Positions 12,343 to 25,280 of a DNA stretch of 64,000 bases are shown here, in pieces. Below the pieces are notes generated by a model. That model saw only the letters and a program-made list of their open reading frames with translations, was not told the origin of the DNA and did no database searches. This DNA comes from Eledone cirrhosa. Lineage: Eukaryota. Every line of letters begins with the position of its first letter. Positions within the stretch are counted from its first letter, which is position 1. The DNA is taken from contig OZ024741.1 of the NCBI GenBank assembly GCA_964016885.1, positions 313,472,001 to 313,536,000 of the forward strand, given 5' to 3'. Both the position numbers and the translations under genes were made by a program.

Positions 12343-15300
12343 GGGGTAACAAGTTATCGTTATAGGTAATCCAGTTAGAGGTTGTGAGTGCTCTGCGTCG
12401 TGGATAGTTTTAACGTGCGGCTTTGCTTAACTCAACAATATGTTTCCATAGTTAGGAAGCGAGTTCCCGGTAAATCCTATGTAGGTTATACTTGGAGTAA
12501 TAATAGTGAAAGTATGAAGAGTAACATGGTTGGCTTTGGAGCAAGGGGTTTTATGTCAGGTATTGACAATTGTTTCATTGATCAGGTGAGTCTAGGAGTC
12601 TAGAGGTCGCTAATCGCTTGAAGCTGCTAAATTCGATCTCCATTACATTATTTACTGCAGACCAACTCCTCAGAATACAAAAACAATTCACTCAAGGCAA
12701 GATATATAGAGAGATATAGAGTATAAACAAAACAATAACATCAATAATAAAATATATATGATAAATAGGTAAAGAGGTTACAGATGTAAATGTATAAAGT
12801 AAAAGATAAGAAAAAGGGTACAGTAAAAAAGTAAGGAAATGGAAAATATATAAAGAAATAAGGATAAGTGAGATCATGTAAGTACAGTATATGATAGTGG
12901 TGGTAGAGAGTCTGATGTAGAAAAAGTATAAATTAGAGATTAATGGGGAGGTACTAGTATGATATTTAAGGGTAAGGGTGGATCGTGAAGGGAGGTTTGA
13001 CAAATGTGTGTAGTAAATATTTTGCTGATTGTCTTCTCTTAATGGGTTTGATGCTGTTTCAGGAGAGCGGGTGAAATAGATGTTAAGATATTTATGATCT
13101 AGTGACCAGTTGGTTGTTTGGCAGCTAAGAGCGGTGTGATAGTGTCTATTCCATATGTTGAAATTCTGGTGGTTCAGTTCTAAATTTGGCATTGTTTGGT
13201 CGAATCACGGTGGTTTAACATTTGTGAACTTGGTAGCTATTTTATGCCTACAGAAAATTGATCTTTCTATTTTGCTGTTAAGCAACATCTTATCGTACCT
13301 TAACATATGGAATAGCTCCATATTACAAAGTCTGCAGTGGGACATTCCATTGTCGTTAGCCCTTGCTTCTGATATTTTGACCAGCTAATCCCATATTCCT
13401 GGTTTGTGCTTTTAAGCTGCAAGATTTTATTGGCGAACGTCGTAGAATTATACGGTCTACGGTTCTTCATGGAGTGTCTGTGGACGTACGACCTTTTTTT
13501 AACTCCCCAGCCGTGGAACATATGTAGTGCCAAGTAGAGTTGCCTGAATTTACAGTACACAGGTACACCATACTCAAATCCACGCATCTATTTTGCAGTG
13601 TGCACTTATCCGGTAGGTGGCAATTACAGTTGGAGTGTTTTTTGTGCCGCTTCTCCGTTGCGGTTTTGTATGTTGTTGTGGGTAAGTTGATATTTAGGCC
13701 TATTAGTGTTTTGTTGTGATGGGCCCTGGTGTGTTTGTGGTTGCGATGTTATGTGTTTGCGTATTGTATTTGGTGCTATGATGTATATTGGTAGGTTATT
13801 TTCTTTAGAGATGTTTTTGTGGTTGATGTTACGTATGTGTGATTCTATGTTGGCTGCAGTAGAGTAAGATTGTTTGATAGTTCTTCTATTAAAGAATCTA
13901 TGGTATTTGAGTATTTTAACAAAGTATTTGTTTATTAGCTTAAATAATGTAGAAGGTAGTTTGGTTTTAATAGAGGACTTGAATATTGGATTGAACCATA
14001 GGTATTTTCTATCTCTAGATCTTCTATAGTAGTTAGGTGGCCTTATATTAGTGTTCGGTTTAGTTATATTTGGTGCTAGTTGGCTACTTCTATGCTTAGT
14101 CCTATGCTTGTCATTTCTATATGTGTGGGTAGTGTAGTTTCCGTTAGGGTTGTTGCTGCTGTCCCTATCGGGTATGTTCTCCAACCCCTCTTTACATCCT
14201 GCCTTATGTAAAGCTATGTTATAATAGTTTGCGTGTTCGTTAAAAATCTCTAGGTTAGAAGGTAGGCGTGATATCTGATGGATAAACTATGTGCAATGGA
14301 CTTAATTATGGATCGGGGGCGGTTTGAGTTATAACTAATGTTGTCTAGATTCTCGTTATTTTTATAGAGGGCTCTATTAATCCGGTGATTAGGTTGAGTG
14401 TTACATCTAAGATGTTTGATTTTTAGTATTAAGTTCGAACGTGATACCTAAGCTTAGTTTGTTGAAGAAGACTCTGATGTTTTTTCGTAATTTTTCCATG
14501 TTTTGATTATTTAAGTTTTTGGCTAAAAGAATCTGTCGTCTCTATGAATTCATCCCTCGTGGTTATTGAATTCCTTATGTAAGTTGTGTGCTATATATAT
14601 TCCCACGAATTCCGTTACCTGTGCCGAGTCGTTAGATCCCATTGTGATATTGAAGCTATTCTGTCTGTTCTTTCGTTGCCAGTAACTATTTTCGAATCTA
14701 ATGATAGTTCTCCTAGCAGCTTTATTATTTTAATTTCGTCTGAGGTAAGGAACGAATTTTTTCTGGGCGAAGGTTAGCGCTTTATCTAGGGTGACTGGGG
14801 ATATGGATGAGTAGTAGTCATCAATGTGGAATTGTACGAAGTTGGATGTTTCTCTACTGTCTATTTTGCTGAACCAGTCTATTGCTTCGTTAGTGTTACC
14901 CCATACCTTAATTACTAGTTCTTCCTTGATTTGTGCGATTACACTATCTCGTATATACTTGGCAATTCTACCTATATACGACTTCGATGGGCATATTAAT
15001 CTAATTGCGGGGTCTATTTCGAAATTATATTTGTCATCCTTTAGGTTAAATGTGGGGTCACAAGGTGTTAGAGTCTTGGTTCCATCAGATATTTTCAGTT
15101 TTTAGAATGCTAAGTCCTTCTTTAATAATGCTAGTGAGTGCAGATTCTGTTGTTTGTTTTTATTTTTTGTGCAGTTCACGACGTATGCAATTAGTGTATG
15201 TATTAAGGCTCATGGTGTATATGCTTCATATTTTGTCCGCTTTTACTATAATACCGTTGGTGTTGCGTAGTTCTTTTAGAATCCGTATTTTTTCGTAGTA

Positions 15301-16146
15301 AATTCCTCCGCGTTATTAGCGTGTCCTTTATCATAATGATAGGCCTTCCATCGGATTCGACGAATGAAGTCATTAGACATTGTTAGTATGTATAGGTATG
15401 TTTTTCAATGACATATCTATGTGGTGCTTTTCCATTTTAGTGCCGTGCGTTAAAGTTTTTGCTGGGTATATGGGGTAACAAGTTATCGTTATAAGTAATC
15501 CAGTTAGAGGTTTTCAGTACACTGCGTTGTGGATAGTTTTAACGTACTGCTTTGTTTAACTCAACAAGATGTTTCCATAGTTAGGCAACGAGTTCGCGGT
15601 AATTCCTATGTAGGTTATACTTGGAGTAATAATAGTGAAAGTATGAAGAGTAACATGGTTGGTTGTACATCAAGTGACTCTGTATGTTTCGAACATGACT
15701 TTTCATGTTAGCAAAAAACCCACCACACAATACTTATACGAACAACACTTACTCACCACCACCACTATCATACTCTGTACTTAGATGGTCACACTTATTC
15801 TTATTACTTTATATTTTTCCATGTTCTTACTTGTTTACTGTATCTTGTTTCTTTTCTTTTACTATTTACTTTTTACATCTGTAACCTCTCGACCTAAAAT
15901 CATATATATTTTATTATTGTTGTTATTGTTTTGATTATACGCTATTTCTCTCTATATATCTTGCCTTGAGAGAATTGTTTTTGTATTATGGGCAGTTGGG
16001 CAAAGGTAAATAATGTTATGGAGATCGAGTGCAGCAACTTCGAGCGATTATCGGCGTCTAGACTCACCTGATCAATAAAGCAAGTGTCAATGCCTGAAAG
16101 GCCCCGTGTTGTAAAAGCCAAACATGTTAACCTTCATCCTTTCACT
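12343..16146 (-). mobile_element. Penelope-like element family 2 with direct and inverted terminal repeats (pLTR-like), degenerate
   Basis: WFNPIF..IKTK..KLINKYF..FNRRTIKQSYS motif; 12343-~12535 repeated directly at 15472-~15663; ~15750-16146 is an inverted copy of ~12505-12905. Confidence 0.65.
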
Positions 16147-16925
16147 ATATACACCCTATATTCCGGTGTAAATCTTGATCCGCTGCATATGTCGTCCCAT
16201 CAAATATTATGGTGTAAGTCAGGTTGAAGCCTATATACACCGGTTGATACGACACAACAGGTATATGCCATTATCATCTGGCCAGCCGCAGATATGCTTG
16301 CCGTTAACAAAATTATTTAACTGAAGTGTTTTATTAGTAAACAATATGCTATCACACCCTGACTTGATAGGCTGAATTTTTAAGAACCTAAATACTCCTT
16401 ATCCAGTGTGTATCTTGTTACGTGGCGATGTGATTTTACTTTCGACCTGTTTTGTTTTGTGGCGAAATTACCGGAGATTTTCCGATAGTTTAGATAATTC
16501 AGTGAATCAGTATACCATTCATATTATAACTATGATATTCATGATAATATTATAGATATATATGTGTGTATATATGTATGTATGTATGTATGTAGGTAGG
16601 TATGTGTGTGTGTATGTGTGTATGTATGCATATATATATATACAGTATATTATTGTAGAATATAGTAATATTTGGAAGGATTATATATGATATTTTTCTT
16701 ATAGTATTGTTTGTTACTTTCATAATGTTATTAATATTGCATTTAATTGAACTAAAAATCCAAGTATTTCTTCATAAAGGATCGATATAATATTCAATAA
16801 ATCTACAACATCATTTGTTTAGCACAAGACCACTTTATTCTTGAAATTTGATATAAAATTGTATCATTGATATATGTATGTAATTAATGATATCTTCAAC
16901 ATTATCATATATATTTATATTTAAG

Positions 16926-17060
16926 AATGCCGAGCAGGAATGTTTGGTGTTGCTTGTAATGGGACCTGCCATTGTATCAACAACACGAACTGTAACAAGC
17001 GAAATGGCACATGTTTAGATGGATGTTCTGCAGGTTATGCTGGTGTCAATTGCCAAGAAG
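16926..17060 (+). CDS. EGF-like repeat exon, type D, intact (AAG acceptor)
   Basis: ttaag|AATGC...GAAG|gtattg, 135 nt; (E)[44 protein letters not shown]. Confidence 0.75.
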
Positions 17061-17380
17061 GTATTGTTACGTAATTATAATACACACGCACACACACATA
17101 CACACACACCCCCACTCACAAACACACAAATATACATATTTATATATATATATATATATATATATACATAAATACATTTATATATATACCGTATATGACT
17201 TGTACGCGGGAATTTTTTAAAACCTAAATATTCCTTATCCAATGTGTATCAGCTTAGATGGCGATATATATTTACTGTCGTCCTGTTTTATTTCGTGGGG
17301 AAATTACAGTAGTTTTTCGATAATTTAGAAAATTCAGTGAATCAGTATACCAATAATATAATAATTATAATATTAATATT

Positions 17381-18520
17381 AATAGGAATCGCTTGTTAGG
17401 ACAATGCAAGCTACGTACAGGGGTGCTGTAAGTAAAGTGATAATAGAAATGGAGTTTGTGAGGAATTCCATATAAAAGTAGGTATACATCAAGGTTCGCT
17501 CCTCAGCCCAATCTTGTTCATTATAGTCCTCCAAGCCATAACAGAGGAGTTTAAGACTGGCTGCCCATGGAATCATCTCTATGCTGATGATCTGGTTCTT
17601 ATAGCAGATTCAGTAGAGGAGCTAGATAATAAATTATCTCTATGGAAACAGCAGTTGGAATCAAGAGGCCTGAGACTGAACATAGCTAAACAACAGCGTT
17701 GATAAGTAGAATAGAGGACAATGCTCTGATTCCATCGGGGGAATTGGCCATGATAGATATATAGGAAAGGAACTGAGATGAATTCCATGAAATCTACGCA
17801 ATGCTGATCTTGGAGACACAAGATATGTAGTGGGATAGCCGGCAAACTAACAGGTAGGGAAAACTACGTATGCAATAGAGGTACAGGGAAAGTTGGCAGT
17901 AGTAATCGCTGCGATAGACTCATTTTTCAAATGCAGGTTGGTTCTATAGAAGAGGTTGTTAGCTTCCGGTACCTAGGTGATGAGATAAGCATGGGAGGAG
18001 GGTTTTCCGCGTCCATAGTATCTAGAATAAGAACGGGTTGAAAGAAGTTTATGGAGCTACTTCCTCTGTTGACAAAAAAGCGTTTCTCCCTGCGTAGAAA
18101 ATGAAGGTTATATGATACGAGGATGCTGCATGGTAGTTAGAAATGGACACAACTGCTGAAGATTTGCGACGGCTGGAGAAAAATGAAGCAGGTATGCACA
18201 GTTGGAGGGGCAATTTTAATGTGCGTCAACGACAAAGCATAGACGAGCTGAGTATAAGAGGCATAAGTTGTGGTGTGCAGGAGAGAAGGCTGAGATGATA
18301 TGGACATATGATGTGCATGGAGGATGAGCGCTGGGTGAAAAAGTGCCAGGAAGTCCAAGTGGAGGGAAGACGCAGTGGAGGTAGACCACAAAAAACATGG
18401 CCGGAGCTGGTTAAACTCACCGAGGAGATGACAAAGGACCGTGACAAGTGGGGAAATGCTGTGCTGAATAAGACCCGTCCAACCATTGCAAGCAGGGAAA
18501 AGAGGGCGGAAAATGATAGT
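17381..18520 (+). mobile_element. RTE-type LINE fragment
   Basis: FIIVLQAITEEFKTGCPWNHLYADDLVLIA. Confidence 0.75.
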
Positions 18521-18880
18521 AAATAAAAATGAATGTGAAGAAAGTACAATTTGCCAAATATACTTTTCAGTTAACAAAATGATTTAACTGAACAGTTTTA
18601 TTAGTAAACAACATGCTACTACACCATCACTTGATACGCGGTAAATTTAAAAAGCTAAATATTCTTTATCCAATGTGTATCATTATTACGTGGCGATATC
18701 ATTTTATTCTCGACCTGTTTTGTTTCGTGGGAAAATTACCGGAGATTTTCCGATCGTTTAGATAATTCAGTGAATCAGTATACCATTCATATTATAACTA
18801 TGATATTCATTATAATATTATAGATATATATGTGTGTGTATATGTATGCATGTATGTATGTATGTATGTATGTATGTATG

Positions 18881-21800
18881 TTTTCTCTTTCTCTTAATTT
18901 TGAGTATATTTTTTTTACCGGCCACCTTCCTGGTGGCAAGGTTGTAAAAGAAAAGAAATTGTCATCCCTTGAATCGCAAGAATGTTTTGCAAATTTTGAA
19001 GGTGCCAGCTATCGCAGCCATTTGTAGACTATGAATTAGGGAGCTGCGCTTTTTGTCCGCAAATCCAAGTTCAGTCATACTTTGGTCCAAGCGGGTTGGT
19101 ATATAACCCGTAGCACCAATAATGATGGGTATGAAGCTAAAGGTGTATCTTGGATACTGGATTTGTAAACTCCTCATCAATGGTCCGTAGATGTCCTCCT
19201 TCTCCTGCATTTTTCTGACAACGTTTACATCAAGTGGGCAGCTGATCTCCACAACAGAACACGTTTTCAATGTGTGGTCCCAAACTACAATATCAGGCCG
19301 GTTGTGCTTTAATCTGGTGGCAGTTTTTATTTTCAGGTTCCACCAGTATTCCTTAGTGCCATCTGTCTCAATATATTATTCCTCGTTTGTTGTTAATTTT
19401 GTTTTCCGAAGTGCGTTCCAGATGGTTCTAGCTATCCCATCGTGTCTCATGGGGAGGTAGTAGCGAGATGACATTCTTTCGCAGCTGGCAACAATGTGGC
19501 TTACATCCTCGATCTTTGTTTTACATAGCCTACATTTATTGTCAGCTGCTGGCCCTCCTCTTTTGTGCAGCAGATATTTGGTAGGGAGTTCTTGTTCCTG
19601 TATTGCATAGAGATATCCCTCAAGGTGTGATGTCATAAACTTGTCGGAACTCCATGCCAGGCTTTTTGAGTGGTTTATCCCCTCTATGGTCTGTGTTTTA
19701 CGCCTCAAGTATCCATGCACAACTTTTTCTGTAAATTGGTCAATTTTTTTTTCTTGTTTGAACATTGAATAGGATCTTCCGATTTCTCTGGGTGAGAGAT
19801 TTATATCGGGCTTTATTCCATATCTCTCCTCCAGATCAGTCGCTATTCTAATGATATTTCTTTTTTCATGGTCATAAACCTGGGCAAGATGGTTGCCAAC
19901 CTTTTTCCTCTGTTGAAGGTGTTGCTTCAGTGTCACTATCCGGGTCTCATATGTTGTTAATATTGATTTTAGACCCCGGCCACCTTCCTTGCGTGAGAAG
20001 TATAGCCTATCCACATCACCATTGATGTTAAAGTTCCCAGTAACACTGAGAAGTTTTCGAGTTCTAACATCCATCTCACTTAGTTCTTGCAATGACCAGT
20101 TCAGTAGGCCAAATGTTGGCGTTAGAATTGGCACAGCATAAGTATTGTGGGCAATGTATTTGTTGTAAGCTGACAGTTCTGATCACCATATTTTCTTTAC
20201 TCTTCTGAGGTATTCAGTTCTGGTTTTCTCCTTATTTATGGGTCCATCATATCTGACATTATCATCCTGTCCAAGATATCTGTAGTTGTCACCTGACTGC
20301 AGAGGTTGTATTGTCAGGCCGTTCATCTCTAGATTTCTAGAGGAGGGCACAGCTCTTCCACGTTTTACTGCCAAATATGCACACTTGGACTCACCAAATT
20401 TCATTTTGATGTCGGTTGAAAATTGTGTAATGAGGTCCAATTGTTTCTTGATGTCATTGATATTTGGCCCATACAACTTCAGGTCATCAACAAAGAAAAG
20501 ATGGGAGATACTTCTGGTCCCACTTCTTTGTCGACCTTGTTTCCTGAGTAGGTAAGATAGTGGATTCAGTGAGAGAACGAAGAGTAGCACCGACAAGCTA
20601 TCACCCTGAAAGATGCCCTTCTGGTAATGTATCTTATCAGTCCTAACCTGCTCCTTCTCACCTCTAAGGATCAAACTGGTGTACCAGTTCTTGGTCAGGC
20701 GTTCAACAGCAGCTACCAATGGTTGTGGGACTTTAGCTAACTGTAAAGCCTTAACAATCCCCCCATGAGGTACACTATCAAATACTTTTTGATAGTCCAG
20801 CCACACGACAGTCATGTTTCTGCGATTCTTTGTTGTTTTTTCCTGAATCATTTTGTTAGTTAGTAGGTGATCTATGCAACCCCACACCTCCCTCTTTCCA
20901 CCAGCTTGCTCAGGTGTTATGATGTTGTTGGTAGCACAGTGATCCTGTAAGAACAGGTTAAGGCACCCAGTATATAATTTATACATGATGTTTTGGCAGG
21001 CAATTGGGCGGTAATTTTTAGCAAGGGTGGTTTGGCTATTTTTGGGAATGAGGAGAGTAGAGGCAGTTGATAACCATCTGGGCAGTTCTTGTGTGCCCTT
21101 AATGGTTTCTGTAAACAGCCGTATGAGATCTTGCCGATAGAAAGTGAAATTCTTCAACCAGTATCCTGTAATGAGGTCTGGGCCTGGCGATTTCCTATTC
21201 GACATTTTCTGTAGAGCTGTTTCCAGTATTGACCCATCTATGTCATATTGTTTTGTCTGGACATGTTGGCAGTAGTCCTGTTCCAGTTCTTTTAGCCAAT
21301 TAGCTTGTCTGTTGAATCCGTCATCCGTTTCCCATACAGATCTCCAGTAGCTCTCAACCTGTTCTTTTGAAGGGGTGTCATTTACAGAGATTGAGCTTTT
21401 GCCACCGAAGCTGCGATAAACTGATTTAGGATCTCTGGCAAACAATCTATTTAGCACTTGTCGTTTATGTGCTGTTGACTTATATTTTAGTCTTTCTGTT
21501 GTAGCTGTGAGCTGTTGTTTCATCTGGTGTAATTTGGAGTTCAAAGTTTTAAATTTTGTATCTCCAAATCTTCTCTCTAACTTTTTCTTTAGGTCTTCCT
21601 GGTGTTGTGTGAAGTTGCTCTCTATGTTGCATTTCATAACGACTGCGATGTGTGAGATACTTCGTCTCAGGGACAAAATTTTGGTTTTTAAATTTCGCAT
21701 CCACGCTGGTTCAGGCTTTCTGTTTGTATCTTGATTGCGTGGTTTTAGATGTGTGTTATATGCTAGCAATGTGACAGCTGAAACATATAACAAAACATTA

Positions 21801-22663
21801 AGCGTTTCAAATGTCGTTTCTACACCTTTAGATCGTATAGCCTTCAGATAATTGCCAGCTATTTCGTTCACCGCTTCCAATTCCAATTTAGTGGGTTCTT
21901 TACTGACTCTAGTGTTGTATGGTCTGTCACTCACATTAAGGCTGTGTATCTCTTGAAACATATCATTCCATATCACTTGTAGGGAGCCCACAAGTTTTTG
22001 GTGCTCTGTTTGTTCAGTAGAGTCATGAATTTCAGCCTCGTTGTTGATGTGGTGACAATTACTACTAGAGTCAGCTGACCTTTCTCGCTGTTCTTCAGTG
22101 GAAGTGGGATGAATTTCAGCAAAATTGTTGGTGAGCTGTTCACTGTTAGATTTAGCCGGCCATTCTCTTTGTCTGTCAGTGGAGGTGGGGTGGTTGTCTA
22201 CAAGGGCTGTATTTGTAGTATCACTCGATTCCGTTAGATGTATCAATTTACATCTAATGATACGTTTTGCCTGTTCATTTAAATGCTTTGGAGAAAAGTC
22301 TAATTCTGGGTGTTTGGAGTTCCATAAAGTTTTTAGCCTTTGCATAAAACCGAACTTTTGGGGTTCAGATTGTTTGTATGCTTCATATAATACTTTGTTA
22401 AACTCGTAGGTCCACTGTGTATAACGGTTGTAATTGCGATTTGGTCGAAGGAGACTTGTACTTTTTGCCATGATGTGTTCGTCTATTCACTAATATTTCG
22501 TATTTATTTTTCAAAATAGTCGATGATCTTCTTTAAAAGTTACGACAAAGTTCTGTCAGAATCAAATTTAAAGTTATTCACAGCTTGAGTAATATTTCTT
22601 TTCAGTTAGTTTTTAATTCTACAACTGTGTTTTATATAAATGTAATATTTCTTTATAAATGTA

Positions 22664-22664
<1 letters not shown>
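18881..22664 (-). mobile_element. Near full-length RLE-type (R4-like) non-LTR retrotransposon inserted in (TATG)n
   Basis: RT motifs GIFQGDSLS and HLFFVDDLKLY; CCHC finger CRLCKTKIEDVSHIVASC, RHD, and the RLE motif RPDIVVWD..VEISCP; TATG tracts on both sides. Confidence 0.9.
18962..22471 (-). pseudogene. Single RT-RLE ORF (1170 codons) broken by two in-frame stops
   Basis: ORFs 20183-22471, 19376-20134 and 18962-19270 are in one frame; reading through gives KIW*SELSAYNK and NEE*YIETDGTKEYWWN. Confidence 0.9.
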
Positions 22665-22694
<30 letters not shown>

Positions 22695-23202
22695 TGTATG
22701 TATGTATGTATGTATGTATGTATGTATGTATGTATGTATGTATGTATGTATGCATGTTCTGCTGGTTTTATAATTTCACAAAGTTTTACCAATAGAGAGA
22801 GAGTCGGTTTCTAACATAAACACAAGACTCTCTCATTGGAATTAACACAACACCAACTAGGTAGATATATATGTATGCATGCATGTGTAGATATGGATGT
22901 TATTGTATGTGTGCATGTGTATATGCTATGTATCTGTACATGTGCGTATGCAGTTATTAGAGGCAAAATTGTTGGAATGTTTTATATATTTTTACTGTTC
23001 CATTAATGGATTCTACTTGTAGTTTCCTAACTAGTTGTTTATGTATGTATGTATGCATGTATGTATGTATGTATCATATATAATATGTGTGTGTGTATGT
23101 GTAAATGTATGCATTTATATATATACAGTATATAATATATATATATTTCGTTTCTGAATTTGTTTAGCAAGATACTTTATCTGAAAACGTATGTTGAATC
23201 CG

Positions 23203-23312
23203 ATATTGTTTGCTTTCGGAGGGTCATGTTGCCAATAGGAAACACCAGTAAATTGAAGTGAAAGAAACTGGTGCGTGTGTTTCTTATTGGCAACATGACC
23301 CTCCCAAAGCAT

Positions 23313-23320
<8 letters not shown>
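23203..23320. repeat. ~45-50 bp inverted-repeat hairpin (paralog 54246-54364)
   Basis: atattgtttgctttcggagggtcatgttgccaataggaaacac ... gtgtttcttattggcaacatgaccctcccaaagcataacaatat. Confidence 0.8.
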
Positions 23321-23349
<29 letters not shown>

Positions 23350-23557
23350 TGTGTGCTTGTGCGTATGTGTGTCTGGTTTTATTTACATGTAAGAATGACG
23401 CAAACACATATCGTAGTAACTGGTAGAATATGATAATATTTGGAACGATTATATATCATTTTTTTCTTATAATACTCTTTGTTTCTTCCATAATGTTTTT
23501 AACATTGCATTTAACTGAACTAAAAATCCATTTATGTTTTATAGAGAATCGTTATAA

Positions 23558-24192
23558 TCTATATATATAAAACTGAGGATGTCTGTCTGTGTGTGTGTCT
23601 GTGAGATTGAATCAATAAAATTCGAGAAGTACCGAACCGATTTTTTTACATGAGCTTTACTTATGTTTCAGGGAATGTTATGTACATAAAAAAACAACTT
23701 TGTTGTTCCCCTAGGACCCGCATTAGGTGAAAAAGTGCATTTCATTTCAGATTTTAGGGGTATTTTGACGCGTTAAGTTAGACCAATTTTCTTGAAATTG
23801 TAACTATGTATAAGTCGGTCTCTTCTTCATACCGGGAGCAAAGAAAATCCAATCTTTTTATTGCCTGGGGTCCGCATTAGGTGAGAAATTCATTTTTTCA
23901 TCCTTTTAGGGCTTTTTTTAGGCGTTACGTTTCGCCGAATTTCCCGAAACTTCAAGGCATATTATGCACATGAGAACAATTCATTTTCTTGATCCCCTAG
24001 GGTCCACATTAGGTTAAAACCTGCATTTTTCCTGCTTCATCGAGGAAAATCTTAAAGATTATCCAGCCATCAGAGTATTCGGTTTATTTTCTTTACATAT
24101 TGTCCAGGCATGTAGTTTTTCCAGGATCAAGACTTTTGGCGACACGCGTTCCAAAATAACTTATCCCGTGCAACGCCGGGTACCACTGCTAT
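23558..24192 (+). mobile_element. Helitron-like element copy
   Basis: TCTATATATATAAAA...cccgtgcaacgccgggtaccactgCTAT. Confidence 0.7.
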
Positions 24193-24322
24193 TATTCAAT
24201 AAATATGCAGGTTCATTTCACAAGAGCACTTTAATCGTAAAATGTTGTATAAAATTGTATCATTGATATCTGTATGTAATTAATGATATATGCAACATTA
24301 TCACATATAGTGATATCTTTAG

Positions 24323-24454
24323 AATGCCGAGCAGGAACGTTTGGTGCTTGTAATGGGAGATGCCATTGTATCAACAGTATAAATTGTGACAAGTGAAATG
24401 GAACATGTTCAGATGAATGTTCTGCAGGTTATACTGTTATCAATTGCCAAGAAT
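24323..24454 (+). pseudogene. Dead EGF exon (type P')
   Basis: 3-nt deletion, in-frame TGA (AAG TGA where other copies have AAG CGA), donor lost (GAAT|atat). Confidence 0.85.
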
Positions 24455-24595
24455 ATATCTCATAAAATTGTTACGTACTTACTACACACACGCACAACCA
24501 CACACCCCCCACGCACCCCCACACATATACATATATGATTATATTTATATTTATATATATATATAAAGACTATATTTATATTTATATATATATAT

Positions 24596-25258
24596 ATAAA
24601 GACTTTCCTGATGACGGAATGATTTTCCATATGTTTCTTCGGTAAATATATTTACTCCATTCCAGAAACTAATTAGTTGGAAGTGATTTTTTAGTAAGTA
24701 AGTTAATTTTATAATTTTCTTATTTTACGTCTCTCATATTATTGTTCTGGAACCCCATGCATTGAACCACATTGTTAATAAGACAAAACCTATATATTTG
24801 CTAGCATTGATATGCATCTGTGTGTATATAAATGTTACTAGATATAAATTCCTTATAATTATCTCCAATTCATTTGTCGAGCAAGATTTGGCCATGACAG
24901 CTACTATGGTAGTAAGCTGGCCGCTGTCTTAATAACCACTCGCTTTCCACTGATTGACCTCGATGTCACGTGATTGATTCTTTTTGAATTTGCCACAGAC
25001 GTAGAGGCAGTGATTTTCTCAATGGCTTGGAATCCAGTCCACGCTTCGCTATTTCCATTCCACTGAATTATTTTTTTAATAAGTTTCCAGTGTCCTCGCT
25101 ATGCCTGGAGACCTATACGGAAAAAGACTTTCCTGATGACGGTATGATTTTCTTTATGTTTCTTCCGTAAATATATTTACTCCATTCCAGAAACTAATTA
25201 GTTGGACGTAATTTTTTAGTAAGTAAGTTAATTTTATAATTTTCTAACTTTTCTCTCA
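24596..25258 (+). mobile_element. Non-coding element with ~140-bp direct repeats 525 bp apart, each with a hammerhead (retrozyme/PLE pLTR-like)
   Basis: aaagactttcctgatgacgg...ttttataattttct occurs twice; (TA)n flanks; paralog at ~55700-56360. Confidence 0.6.
24602..24684 (+). ncRNA. Hammerhead ribozyme-like motif, family 2 (also 25127-25209, 55704-55786, 56229-56309)
   Basis: ACTTTC-CTGATGA-c-GGAATG...CATTCC-a-GAAA-CTAATTAG-TT-GGAAGT. Helix I is ACTTTC/GGAAGT, helix III is the palindrome AACTAATTAGTT, and the triplet is GUU. Confidence 0.65.
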
Positions 25259-25280
25259 TATATATATATATTAATATATA

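Noticed and set aside
20183-20185. Programmed readthrough or selenocysteine at the TGA in the R4-like ORF
   Set aside because: A second stop (TAA at 19376) is also present and no SECIS is recognisable; simple decay is more parsimonious.
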